Shown here one piece after another: positions 43,876 to 53,386 of a stretch of DNA of 64,000 nucleotides (within the stretch, counting starts at the first letter, position 1; each line of letters starts with the position of its first letter). The DNA comes from Candidatus Iainarchaeum sp. GTDB lineage: Archaea; Micrarchaeota; Micrarchaeia; Anstonellales; Bilamarchaeaceae. The notes under the pieces were generated by a model, which had not been told where the DNA came from, searched no databases, and saw only the letters and a list, made by a program, of their open reading frames with translations. Where the stretch lies: contig JAQTME010000004.1 of assembly GCA_028714535.1 (NCBI GenBank), positions 7,319 to 71,318 of the forward strand. Reading direction: 5' to 3'. The position numbers and the translations under genes were made by a program.

Positions 43876-46434
43876 ATGAACGGCAAGAGCCCCCCCGTCC
43901 TGAGCAGCCAGGAGCTGGTATGCCTGCCGATGAAGGAACTGCTGTCCAGGCTGGGCGCCTCGGTTGACGGCCTGAGTGCCAAGGACGCCCACAAGCACCT
44001 CCACCTGTACGGACATAACGAGCTGGCCAAAAAGGAGAGGAAATCGCCCATACTGGCGTTTTTGGCGTATTTCAACAACCCGCTCATCCTCATCCTGCTC
44101 GCCGCAGGCGCAGTGGCAGGGTTCCTCGGCGAGATTGTCGAGGCAATCACCATATTCATCATGGTCCTGCTCAGCGTGGTCCTGAGCTTCGTGCAGGAGC
44201 ACCGCGCGGAACGGGCCGCAGAGGACCTCAGGAAGCGCGTGGCGACCACCGCCACCGTCCTCAGGGACGGCGTGAAGCACGAGATCCACCTCAACACCAT
44301 CGTCCCAGGCGACGTCGTCTTCCTCTCCGCAGGCGACATCGTGCCTGCGGACGCGCGCATAATCGAGGCAAAGGACCTGTTCGTGGACCAGGCGGCGCTC
44401 ACGGGCGAATCCTTTCCCGCGGAGAAGCAGCCTGAGCCGCTGAAGAGCGACTGCGTGGCAGAGGTCACGGAATGGAGGAACTACCTGTTCATGGGCACGT
44501 CCGTCGTGAGCGGGACCGCGACCGCGCTCATAGTGCGCACTGGCGGCCGGACCCAATACGGCGAGACAGTGAAGCTGGCCATGGAGAAGCGGCCTGAGAC
44601 CGAGTTCGACCGCGGGCTGAGGCAGTTCGGCTACCTCATCATGCAGGTGACCATCATCCTGGTGGTGTTCGTCTTCATAGTCCTCGCGCTGCTCAAGCAC
44701 GACGTGCTGGAATCGGTGCTGTTCGCGCTGGCGCTTGCAGTCGGGCTGACGCCAGAACTGCTGCCCATGATAGTGTCCATAAACCTGTCCATGGGCGCGG
44801 TCGCCATGTCAGGGAAGAAGGTCATCGTGAAGCGGCTCTCCTCAATCCACAACTTCGGCGCCATGGACGTGCTCTGCTCTGACAAGACAGGCACGCTCAC
44901 CGAGAACCGCGTGACGCTCATCATGCACGTGGACCTGAAAGGCAAGGACAATGCCAGGGTGCTTGAATACTCCTTCGTCAACAGCGCCTTCCAGACCGCG
45001 GTGAAAAGCCCGCTGGACCTGGCGGTCATGGCCCATGACAAGAAGGTTGATGCGTCGGGCTACAGGAAGATAGACGAAATCCCTTTCGACTTCAACCGCA
45101 GGCGCAGTTCCGTCGTCGCCTGGAAGGGGAAGCAGAAGCTGCTCATAACCAAGGGCGCGCCAGAGGACATAGCGAAGGTGTGCGACCGTTACGAGCTGGA
45201 GGGGAAGGTTTCCACCCTGACCGGCAAGGTGAGGGCTGCCATGGACGGCAAATACAGGCAGATGAGCATGGACGGCTACCGCGTGCTGGGCATCTGCTGC
45301 AAGGAAGTGGACGGCGGCAGGCTCACCGCCAGGGACGAGCAGAGCATGACCTTCCTGGGCTTCATAGCGTTCATAGACCCGCCCAAAGCGAGCGCGCGCG
45401 AGGCCGTCGACGAGCTGGAGCGGGACGGCATAATGTTCAAGATACTGACCGGCGACAGCGACCTGGTCACCAGGAAGACGTGCGAGCAGCTCGGCATAAG
45501 GATAACCGGCCTCGTGACCGGCGCCGATGTCTCCGCCCTGAACGACGACGCGCTCGCCCGCGTGGTGGAGAAGGCCAACATATTCGCGCGCGTGACGCCC
45601 GCGCAGAAGAACCGCATACTCCACGCGCTGAAAGGCAACAACCACGTGGTCGGGTTTTTGGGCGACGGAATAAACGACGCGCCGTCCATGCGCGTCGCGG
45701 ACGTGAGCATGTCGGTTGAGAACGCAGTGGACGTTGCTAAGGAATCCGCCGACATCATATTATTGCAGAAGGACCTGCGCGTGCTCGAGCAGGGCGTGCT
45801 CGAGGGCAGGAAGACGTTTGGCAACACGATGAAATACATCATGATGGGCGTCAGCTCCAACTTCGGCAACATGCTCTCCGTGGCCGTCGGCTCGCTGTTC
45901 CTGCCGTTCCTGCCCATGCTTCCCATACAGATTTTGCTGAACAACCTGCTCTACGACTTCTCCGAGACCACGATTCCCACCGACAACGTGGACAAGGAGT
46001 ACATCCAGAAGCCCCGCCGCATGAAGGTGGAATACATACGCAGGTTCATGCTGTTCTTCGGCCCGATAAGCTCCATCTTCGACATCCTGACCTACCTGGT
46101 CATGCTTTTCGTGTTCAATGCCACGGCGCCCGTGTTCCAGACCGCCTGGTTCGTCGAGTCGCTCTGCACGCAGACGCTTATCATATTCGCCATAAGGACG
46201 AGGAGGATACCGTTCCTGTCCAGCCTGCCCAGCGTGCCCCTGGCGCTGAGCAGCATCGGCGTGGTCGCGCTTACGCTGATACTGCCGTTCACGCCGCTCG
46301 CTGCGGTCTTCGAGTTCGCAGTCCTGCCGGTGCAGTTCTTCGCCATCCTCGCAGGGTTCGTGGTCGCCTACCTCATCCTGGTGGAAATGATGAAATGGTG
46401 GTTCTACAGGAAATACGCAGAGCTCGCGGAATGA
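43876..46434 (+). CDS. mgtA: Mg2+-importing P-type ATPase (MgtA family)
   Basis: DKTGTLT, TGDS, GDGINDAPSM, N-terminal HLHLYGHNEL. About 10 TM helices. Confidence 0.8.
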   Translation: MNGKSPPVLSSQELVCLPMKELLSRLGASVDGLSAKDAHKHLHLYGHNELAKKERKSPILAFLAYFNNPLILILLAAGAVAGFLGEIVEAITIFIMVLLSVVLSFVQEHRAERAAEDLRKRVATTATVLRDGVKHEIHLNTIVPGDVVFLSAGDIVPADARIIEAKDLFVDQAALTGESFPAEKQPEPLKSDCVAEVTEWRNYLFMGTSVVSGTATALIVRTGGRTQYGETVKLAMEKRPETEFDRGLRQFGYLIMQVTIILVVFVFIVLALLKHDVLESVLFALALAVGLTPELLPMIVSINLSMGAVAMSGKKVIVKRLSSIHNFGAMDVLCSDKTGTLTENRVTLIMHVDLKGKDNARVLEYSFVNSAFQTAVKSPLDLAVMAHDKKVDASGYRKIDEIPFDFNRRRSSVVAWKGKQKLLITKGAPEDIAKVCDRYELEGKVSTLTGKVRAAMDGKYRQMSMDGYRVLGICCKEVDGGRLTARDEQSMTFLGFIAFIDPPKASAREAVDELERDGIMFKILTGDSDLVTRKTCEQLGIRITGLVTGADVSALNDDALARVVEKANIFARVTPAQKNRILHALKGNNHVVGFLGDGINDAPSMRVADVSMSVENAVDVAKESADIILLQKDLRVLEQGVLEGRKTFGNTMKYIMMGVSSNFGNMLSVAVGSLFLPFLPMLPIQILLNNLLYDFSETTIPTDNVDKEYIQKPRRMKVEYIRRFMLFFGPISSIFDILTYLVMLFVFNATAPVFQTAWFVESLCTQTLIIFAIRTRRIPFLSSLPSVPLALSSIGVVALTLILPFTPLAAVFEFAVLPVQFFAILAGFVVAYLILVEMMKWWFYRKYAELAE

Positions 46435-46486
46435 GTTAGAAAAAAAGAAAGGGCCGATGGTGGCCGGCCCGGGAAAACATGAAAAA

Positions 46487-46720
46487 TCAGACGACGATGA
46501 TTCCGTGCACCAGGCAACGCGGTTTCCCGCTGTTGCCTGCAGCGAATGTCTGCTGCGGCGTCTTTCCGCCGTATTCAAGTTCCGTCCAGGGCCTGTTCTG
46601 GCTCCTGTCAAATGCGCCCGGCAATCTTGCATGGCCGTTGTGCCTTGCCCTTATCGTTTCCTCACGCCTTTGGATCGCTATCTGCTGCTTTGTTAATGGT
46701 CTCAAGTCGTAGCATACCAT
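46487..46720 (-). CDS. Small hypothetical protein (77 aa) with own TATA box
   Basis: ORF preceded about 40 nt upstream by TTTATATATA and a 14-bp palindrome ATTCCTATAGGAAT. No recognisable family. Confidence 0.3.
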   Translation of the reverse strand: MVCYDLRPLTKQQIAIQRREETIRARHNGHARLPGAFDRSQNRPWTELEYGGKTPQQTFAAGNSGKPRCLVHGIIVV

Positions 46721-46998
46721 CTGTAATCACCTGTTAATCCATTCTGGAAATTCCGCTATTTATATATTTCTGACAAAAATATTCCTATAGGAATATCAAG
46801 AAGGCGGCTTACGGCACTGGATGTCGTGCTCATGGAAAACGGGCCAGTTGTGAAATCCGCGGATTTCACTTCCGTCCCGATTCTCGTGAGGGCTGGCGCC
46901 AAGGCTGAAGCTAATGATGAGGAGAATCGGGCCCGGTGCGTTCATGGACGGCGATCCGTCCATGTGCACCCGGCCCTAACGTGCTGCTTATGTCTTCA

Positions 46999-47073
46999 CG
47001 GGCCCGGTGAGATTTGAACTCACGACCTTCGTCTTAGGAGGACGTCGCTCTATCCAAGCTGAGCTACGAGCCC
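46999..47073 (-). tRNA. tRNA-Arg(CCT), intron-less
   Basis: GGGCTCG-TA-GCTC-AGCTTGGATA-GAGC-G-ACGTC-CTCCTAA-GACGA-AGGTC-GTGAG-TTCAAAT-CTCAC-CGGGCCC-G. TATA GTTTATAAATTC about 30 nt upstream. Confidence 0.8.
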
Positions 47074-47138
47074 GCAATACGTCGTAACGGCATTTATGCC
47101 TGCATGAATTTATAAACTGTTTTCAGCTTCTTTACCCC

Positions 47139-47918
47139 ATGAGCCTACGCCTCGCCGAGCTTATCTCATCCTCCGTTGAAAAGGCCCTTGAGGACCGGGT
47201 AGCCGTGGCCTTCTCGGGCGGCGTGGACTCGACTACCATCGCGGCCATAGCCAGGAAGCATGCCACTGTGGAATTGTTTTCCGCGGGCACCCCCGGCAGC
47301 GAGGACCTGGAATACGCCGTAAAGGTCGCCGCGTCGCTCTGCCTGCCCCTGCACCGTGTCATACTCGACCAGCAGTGCATCCTTGACGCGTACGCGCAAT
47401 GCCATGCCATGCTCCCCATGGACCTGCTGAAGCTCGAGATACTCGTGCCTGTCTACCGCGTCGCCGAGGCCGCGGCCAAGAAGGGCCACAAGGTGCTTCT
47501 TTTCGGCTCAGGCGCCGAAGAGCTGTTCGTCGGCTATGAACGCTACTACGCGTACAGGGAAGAGGGCAAGGACCTCGACGCGCTGCTCAGGGACGAGTTC
47601 AGGACCCTGCCCCAGCGCGACATCGGCTGGGTGAAGAAGGTCTGCCGGAAGTTCGGCATCGAGGCGCGCTTCCCGTTCTACGTGCCTGAGCTGGCCAGGT
47701 TCATGTTCTCCATACCGCTCGACGAGCGCATGGACTGCAGGGAGCTGAAGAAGGGCATCCTGCGCGAGGCGGCAAAGATGCTCGGCGCGCCGGAGCTTGC
47801 CGTCGGCAGGAAGAAGAAGGCCATGCAGTACGGCTCGGGCGTGCACAAGATAATCATGGGCAACTCGGAAGCAATCAACCGGGATTTTGCTGTTTTGCAG
47901 CCTCAATCACGTTGCTGA
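47139..47918 (+). CDS. PP-loop ATP pyrophosphatase family protein (asparagine synthase C-domain-like)
   Basis: SGGxDS motif (AFSGGVDSTT) and AsnB-like LFGSGAEELFVGYERY. Confidence 0.6.
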   Translation: MSLRLAELISSSVEKALEDRVAVAFSGGVDSTTIAAIARKHATVELFSAGTPGSEDLEYAVKVAASLCLPLHRVILDQQCILDAYAQCHAMLPMDLLKLEILVPVYRVAEAAAKKGHKVLLFGSGAEELFVGYERYYAYREEGKDLDALLRDEFRTLPQRDIGWVKKVCRKFGIEARFPFYVPELARFMFSIPLDERMDCRELKKGILREAAKMLGAPELAVGRKKKAMQYGSGVHKIIMGNSEAINRDFAVLQPQSRC

Positions 47919-48711
47919 TGAGCATCGCCACGGTCATCGGGCCGACGCCGCCCGGGACGGGCGTGCAGTTCGCCTTCTTTATCACGCCGTCGAAATCGAC
48001 GTCCCCGACGGTCTTTTCGCCCACCTTGTTCGTGCCCACGTCCACCACGTAAGCGCCTTCCTTCACCATGTCCGCCTTTATCAGGCCTGCGGAACCTGCC
48101 GCGGCGATTAGTATGTCCGCTTTTTTCGTATGCTCCGCGAGGTTCTTCGTCTTGGAATGGCAGATGGTGACCGTCGCGTCCTTCTGGAGGAGCATGAAGG
48201 CCAGCGGCTTGCCGACTACGTTGCCCCTGCCGACCACCACCGCTTCCGCCCCAGCCAGCTTCACGCCGTAGTGCTCAAGCAGGCGTATGATGCCCGCGGG
48301 AGTCGCAGGGAGGAAGCCAGGGGAGCCCAGGAACATCCTGCCCATGCTCGTGGGCGTCCATCCGTCCACGTCCTTCCTGGGGTCTATCGCATCTACGATT
48401 TTGGAATAGTCCATGTGCTTCGGGATTGGTGCCTGGACGATGAAGCCGTCCACGTTCTTGTCCTTGTTGAGCTTCTTGACGAGTGCGAGCAGCTCCTCCT
48501 CGGTCGCACTTTCGGGGAGCTTCTCAAGCCTGGCGAGCACGCCGGTGGACATCGCCTTCTCCATCTTCTTCCTGACGTAGATCTCTGACGCGGGGTCGTT
48601 CCCGACCAGGACGATGGCGAGGGACGGCTTGCGCTTCATGCCGGCGACGGCGGCCTTGGCCGTCTCGAGCAGCGCGGCTGCCGGTTCCCTTCCCGAGAGA
48701 ACTTTATACAT
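47875..48711 (-). CDS. folD: Bifunctional methylene-THF dehydrogenase / methenyl-THF cyclohydrolase (FolD)
   Basis: ...VGRGNVVGKPLAFMLLQKDATVTICHSKT... Rossmann and catalytic motifs. Start chosen at MYKVLSG; the ORF track extends 41 aa further. Confidence 0.8.
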   Translation of the reverse strand: MYKVLSGREPAAALLETAKAAVAGMKRKPSLAIVLVGNDPASEIYVRKKMEKAMSTGVLARLEKLPESATEEELLALVKKLNKDKNVDGFIVQAPIPKHMDYSKIVDAIDPRKDVDGWTPTSMGRMFLGSPGFLPATPAGIIRLLEHYGVKLAGAEAVVVGRGNVVGKPLAFMLLQKDATVTICHSKTKNLAEHTKKADILIAAAGSAGLIKADMVKEGAYVVDVGTNKVGEKTVGDVDFDGVIKKANCTPVPGGVGPMTVAMLISNVIEAAKQQNPG

Positions 48712-48773
48712 AAGGAACCTCTGGTGGATTGCTAATATATTCCTATCTCCGTTTCGTCTAAACGAGAATAAAA

Positions 48774-48945
48774 TGGGCCTGCGGAGATTAGTTCGAACCT
48801 TTTGAGATTCAGTTTTTGGTGCAGCTTTTCCCAAAAAGGTGCATTGAACTCCGGACCTACGGCTTTCCTAGGTCGCCAGTCGTACAGACTGTATTAGAAC
48901 GTGTCATATAAGACCGTCGCTCTAACCGAGCTGAGCTACAGGCCC
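48774..48945 (-). tRNA. tRNA with anticodon TAT (Ile-UAU-like) carrying two introns: 42-nt anticodon-loop (37/38) and 55-nt T-loop (58/59) intron
   Basis: GGGCCTG-TA-GCTC-AGCTCGGTTA-GAGC-G-ACGGT-CTTATA[42]A-GCCGT-AGGTC-CGGAG-TTCAA[55]AT-CTCCG-CAGGCCC-A. Exon lengths sum to exactly 75 nt and all stems pair. Confidence 0.6.
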
Positions 48946-49009
48946 ATCATCTCTGAATAAGCCGATAAACGTTTTTAAAAGGAATGCCGAAGGCCGTTTC
49001 AGCGGGCCC

Positions 49010-50059
49010 TCACGTCTTTATTTTGTGGCGGTATTTGATGTACGTCGCGTAATCTATGTACTTCTTCTTGCCGACGTAGTCCAGGGTCCTCGGCGCCTTC
49101 TTCCGCGCCGCGTCTATCCTGTCCGTTACGCTGATGGCGAACGAGTCGCTGCCAGCCCCGGAGCCGAATGAAGTGACCAGTATCTTCTGCCCTGCCTTCG
49201 CCTCGTCAAGGACCGCTGTAAGCCCAAGCGGCGAAGCGCCTGAATAGGTGTTGCCCACCATCGGAGTCAATAGCCCGACCTTCAATTTCTCCAACGGCAC
49301 GCCCAGCTGCTTCCCTGCCTCAAGCGGGAACTTGCCGTTCGGCTGGTGGAACACCACGTAATCATAATCAGCTATCTTCGTGCCGGTCTTCTCCAGCAGC
49401 CCCTTCGTGGCGCTCAGGACGTGCTTGAAATACGCCGGCTTTCCTGTGAACCTGCCGCCGTGCGTCGGGTAGTCAGCCAGCTGCCGCCTCCAGAAGTCAG
49501 GCGTATCAGTAGTGAAGGAAAATGTCGCCTCGACGATGGCGAGCGACTCCTTCTCAGGGCCTGCGATGAACGCGGCGCCGCCTGACGCTGCCGAGTATTC
49601 AAGCGCATCGCCCGGCCTGCCCTGCGCGGTATCAGCGCCGATGGCCATGCCGTAGGGAATCATCTTCGCGTCGACCATGGCAAGGACTATCTGCAGCCCT
49701 GCGGTCCCTGCCTTGCAGGCGAACTCCAAATCAGCCGCAGTAAGATTGGGCGTGGCGCCGAGCGCCTCTGCGACCATGGTCGCGGTCGGCTTCACCGCGT
49801 AGGGGTGCGATTCGCTCCCCACGTAGAGCGCGCCGAGCTTCTGCGGGTCCAATCCCGCGCGCGCGAGCGCGTTCCTGCCTGCCTCCACCGCGATGGTTGT
49901 GGTGTCCTCGTCTATGCCGCCCACCGCCTTCTCTATGATGCCCAGGCCGCTTTCTATGCGGTCCGTGTCCTCGCCCCATACCTTGGCGATGTCCTCGGTC
50001 TTGATCCTGTAAATCGGAACGTAAGCTCCATAACCGACTATTCCTGCCATAGTAATCAC
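49010..50059 (-). CDS. Hydroxymethylglutaryl-CoA synthase (archaeal mevalonate pathway)
   Basis: Thiolase-fold. Catalytic Cys in [11 protein letters not shown]-terminal GSGAGS. Confidence 0.8.
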   Translation of the reverse strand: MITMAGIVGYGAYVPIYRIKTEDIAKVWGEDTDRIESGLGIIEKAVGGIDEDTTTIAVEAGRNALARAGLDPQKLGALYVGSESHPYAVKPTATMVAEALGATPNLTAADLEFACKAGTAGLQIVLAMVDAKMIPYGMAIGADTAQGRPGDALEYSAASGGAAFIAGPEKESLAIVEATFSFTTDTPDFWRRQLADYPTHGGRFTGKPAYFKHVLSATKGLLEKTGTKIADYDYVVFHQPNGKFPLEAGKQLGVPLEKLKVGLLTPMVGNTYSGASPLGLTAVLDEAKAGQKILVTSFGSGAGSDSFAISVTDRIDAARKKAPRTLDYVGKKKYIDYATYIKYRHKIKT

Positions 50060-50158
50060 AAACCAACGTTTCTGACAGAGCCACAGGACCCACCGCTTCG
50101 CGGTTCCCCCGTGGCAGCCTGCAAGGTTCCTCTTAGGCAGAGGCCTTTCTCCTGCCCT

Positions 50159-50884
50159 CTACTTCTTCTTTTTTCTTTTTAAAGGTGGCGCAGTTTCCTC
50201 GCTTTTACGGCTACTGACGAAGAACGAGTAGGCAAGCCATGCCAGGACCGCAACCCCTATTATCGCCACGATGGCCCCTGCGTTCAGCTCGCTGCTCTTT
50301 ATCACGATGGGCTGCCTTGCGGCAAGCACGTCCACCAGGTTGAACTTCACCACGTTTCCGTTAATCACGCCGGTGACGTTGCCTGCGGACGCCGCAGTCG
50401 GAGTCATCTGCATGTTCACGGTATAGTCAAGGTTCACCTTGAGCAGCCTGAGCGCTGCCACGCTCTCGCTGTTGTCAGCCGAGAGGTCCAGCGGCGGCGA
50501 CGGAGCGCCTCCGGACGACACATTGGCCCCGGCGAGCACCCTGTCCAGGTCGGCTGCGAAAACGTCGTTGGGGACCTGGCTTATCACGAGCGTGTAGGTT
50601 ATGAACGGAAAGCCGTCCTCCTTCACGAACGTGTAATATCCTGAGTTGGGCGTGAAACGCTCGGTAATCGTCATCTTCTGGCCGTCGAGCGAGCACTGCA
50701 CGCTGGACATCATTTCGCACGCCTGGGCTACGGCGGGCATGGATACAACGCCCGAAAAGACCGAGAGGTCCTGCGTCTTGACTATCACTGAGCTGCCGTC
50801 GGACGCAACCGTCTGCACGTAGCTCTGGTCGAACGCCCCGCTCGCCAGGGCGGCGAGCACCAGGAAGACGATGATGTTTCTCAT
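50159..50884 (-). CDS. Secreted surface protein with C-terminal TM anchor and poly-Lys tail, hypothetical
   Basis: Signal MRNIIVFLVLAALASGA. C-terminal AIVAIIGVAVLAWLAYSFFV...KRKKKK. Confidence 0.5.
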   Translation of the reverse strand: MRNIIVFLVLAALASGAFDQSYVQTVASDGSSVIVKTQDLSVFSGVVSMPAVAQACEMMSSVQCSLDGQKMTITERFTPNSGYYTFVKEDGFPFITYTLVISQVPNDVFAADLDRVLAGANVSSGGAPSPPLDLSADNSESVAALRLLKVNLDYTVNMQMTPTAASAGNVTGVINGNVVKFNLVDVLAARQPIVIKSSELNAGAIVAIIGVAVLAWLAYSFFVSSRKSEETAPPLKRKKKK

Positions 50885-50926
50885 GGCAATGCCTACTCAG
50901 AAAGGGAATAAAAACCCGCTTTTTCA

Positions 50927-52423
50927 TCAGACGCCGGAAAAAATGAGATGCATCGTGGCCTTGGCTTCCCGTATCTGCCTGGCGCTCAGCTGCATGGTCT
51001 TCTTGCCGTCAGGCGCGTCCACGATGTCCGGTCCATTCTCTATGTCGTAAATCCTTTCAGGGAGCTTCGCCTGCTTCTGCATGCCCAGGGGTATCGGAGG
51101 CATGACGCCAGTGGCTTTCTTCACGATTTTAGGGAACTTGCCCGGGTCCGCGGTCTCGTATATGACCGACAGTATCCTTGAGTTCTCCAGCGTCGCTCCG
51201 GTGATGGCGAGCGACCTCTCAAGGGCCATGTAGCCGACTGCGCCGTGCGGGTCGAGCAGCACCTTGTATTTTTGATATGCCTCTGCCATGGCAGGGTAAT
51301 GCTCCGGCTTGGTCACGGATACGGCAGTGATGTCCATGTTCATCAGCTCTAGGTCCGGCGCGACATCAATCACGCCCTTCTGCACCTTGCCGCCCTCCAC
51401 CCTGTCGAACATGTGCCCGCCGTAGAAGTGCACGAGCCGGGCGAGATTGTTGGGGTGGCCGACGTCCATGGCCGACGACGGGTTTTCCACTCCGTCGCGC
51501 GCCTCGTACGTGCCGGTCTGGAGGTAGTCCAGGAATCCCCGGTTCCCGTTCAGCGCGCAGATGATGTCAAGCACCGGCAGCCCCATCTCCTTCGCAAGGA
51601 TGGTGCCCATCATGTCGCCGAAGTTGCCTGACGGTATGGACGCGACGAACGGCTCCGTGCCGTTCGCAATCCTTGAATAGGCGTAGAACGGGTAGACCGC
51701 CTGCGGGAGCAGCCTGCCAAGGCTTATGGAGTTCGCCGAGCCGAAACGCTCGGGGTCGTCCGAAAGCAACTGTGCGAATCTCCTGTCGTTGAGCAGGCAT
51801 TTCACGATGTCCTGGCAGTTGTCGAAGTTGCCGTTGACCGCCACAGCATGGACGTTGCGCCAGAGCGTGGTCATCTGCCTCCTCTGGCCCTCCCTTATTT
51901 TGCCTTTGGGGTAGAAAATCACCACATCTACGTTCTCAAGCCCTTGGAGCGAGTGTCCCAGCGCGCCGCCGGTGTCGCCGCTGGTCGCTATCAGTATTGT
52001 CTTTCTCCTGCCACTGATGCCCAGGAAATGGTCGAGCACCACGCCGTAGAACCTGCCTGCGTAGTCCTTGAAGGAGTAGGTCGGGCCCTTTGTCAGCCAC
52101 AGTATGTGCGCCCTGCCTGCCAGATGCTGCATCTCCACGCTTATTATCCCGGGGTCGTAGGCCTTTTCCATGAGCTTCGCGAGCGTGGCCGGCTCTATCT
52201 CGTCCTTCAGGTACGGGGTGAGCACTGCGGTGGCGATTTGCGCATAGTTCATGCTCTTCATTTCCCCTATCTGGCTGGGCGACAGCTTCGGGACGTCCTG
52301 CCTGTCTATCATGTAGAGGCCGTAATTCGGCGCCTGGCCGTCCATGAGCGCCTTCTGGAAAGTGACCTTCAGGTTCCTGTCGTTCGTGCTGTGGAAAAGC
52401 ATCTGCTTCTGGAGAGTCTTCAT
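50927..52423 (-). CDS. thrC: Threonine synthase (long form, PLP-dependent)
   Basis: N-terminal domain signature plus PLP-lysine region. Confidence 0.75.
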   Translation of the reverse strand: MKTLQKQMLFHSTNDRNLKVTFQKALMDGQAPNYGLYMIDRQDVPKLSPSQIGEMKSMNYAQIATAVLTPYLKDEIEPATLAKLMEKAYDPGIISVEMQHLAGRAHILWLTKGPTYSFKDYAGRFYGVVLDHFLGISGRRKTILIATSGDTGGALGHSLQGLENVDVVIFYPKGKIREGQRRQMTTLWRNVHAVAVNGNFDNCQDIVKCLLNDRRFAQLLSDDPERFGSANSISLGRLLPQAVYPFYAYSRIANGTEPFVASIPSGNFGDMMGTILAKEMGLPVLDIICALNGNRGFLDYLQTGTYEARDGVENPSSAMDVGHPNNLARLVHFYGGHMFDRVEGGKVQKGVIDVAPDLELMNMDITAVSVTKPEHYPAMAEAYQKYKVLLDPHGAVGYMALERSLAITGATLENSRILSVIYETADPGKFPKIVKKATGVMPPIPLGMQKQAKLPERIYDIENGPDIVDAPDGKKTMQLSARQIREAKATMHLIFSGV

Positions 52424-52468
52424 GCAGACTGATATCCTGCGAAGTGTTTAAAAATGCGATTTTGAGTT

Positions 52469-53386
52469 TTACCTTCGCGCAAGATAGTCTGCGGCCATGG
52501 CCCTGATGCCGTCCTCAAGGCGCCTGGGCGAGAACCCGAGCTCTTTCCTCGCCTTCGAGCAGTCGAAAGCGCGGTCAAAGGCGAGCACGCTGATGTGCTC
52601 GCCGGTGAAGGATGGCTTTTTCCCGCCCAGATGATAGGCGAATTCGCGGAATGATGCGAGCATGAGCGCCATGAACGTGGGAATGGTCCCTGCCGGCGCA
52701 GGGACGCGGAGCTCCCTTGCGGCGATGGCGTATATCTCCTTTTGCGTCAGCGGCTCGCCTGCGATGACATAGGTCCCCCTGCCGTGCGTCATCGCCGATG
52801 CCACCGCATCGGCAGCGTCTACGACGTGCACGAACGGTATGCGGTTGCTGCCATTTCCTATGATGCGCATGCCGCCCTTCTCAATCATGCCGAGCACGCG
52901 GTAGTAGTCCTGGAACTGCGGGCCGTAGAGCGTGCCTATGCGCAGTATCACGTGGTTCTGGTGCGCGGCAACTATTTTTTCAGCGTCGTATTTGGAGCGT
53001 GCATATGCAGAGTCAGGGCGTGTCTCTGTCCTCTCGCTTGCGGGGATTTCAGCCAGTTTTTTCCCATAGACCGAGACCGAGCTGGAGAACACGATGCGGC
53101 ACGCCTTGGGCAGTGCATCCACGATGCGCCTGGTCAGCTCGACGTTGGCTTCCTGCATCCTGCCCGCTTCCGTCGTGTCTACGGAGCCTGCGATGTGGAT
53201 GACGCACGCAGCGTCACGGAATATGCGCTTCAGCTGTTCGGAAGAGAAGTCGGTTATTATCTCGTTCTTCAGGCCTGACGGCTTCCTGACCAGCGGTATC
53301 GCCCCGGTTTCGGCAAGGACCGTGCCCCCGAGCCTGCCGGTCGCGCCGGTGATATAAGCCCTAGTGAGCGGCATATTTCCTACCAA
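52469..53386 (-). CDS. NAD-dependent epimerase/dehydratase family (SDR) protein
   Basis: TGATGRLG Rossmann motif. YxxxK present. Confidence 0.7.
   Translation of the reverse strand: MVGNMPLTRAYITGATGRLGGTVLAETGAIPLVRKPSGLKNEIITDFSSEQLKRIFRDAACVIHIAGSVDTTEAGRMQEANVELTRRIVDALPKACRIVFSSSVSVYGKKLAEIPASERTETRPDSAYARSKYDAEKIVAAHQNHVILRIGTLYGPQFQDYYRVLGMIEKGGMRIIGNGSNRIPFVHVVDAADAVASAMTHGRGTYVIAGEPLTQKEIYAIAARELRVPAPAGTIPTFMALMLASFREFAYHLGGKKPSFTGEHISVLAFDRAFDCSKARKELGFSPRRLEDGIRAMAADYLARR

Noticed and set aside
46826-47017. 63-aa +strand ORF in the long intergenic region
   Set aside because: Overlaps the palindrome and hairpin structures and the tRNA 3' flank. Cys/His-rich, with no start context.
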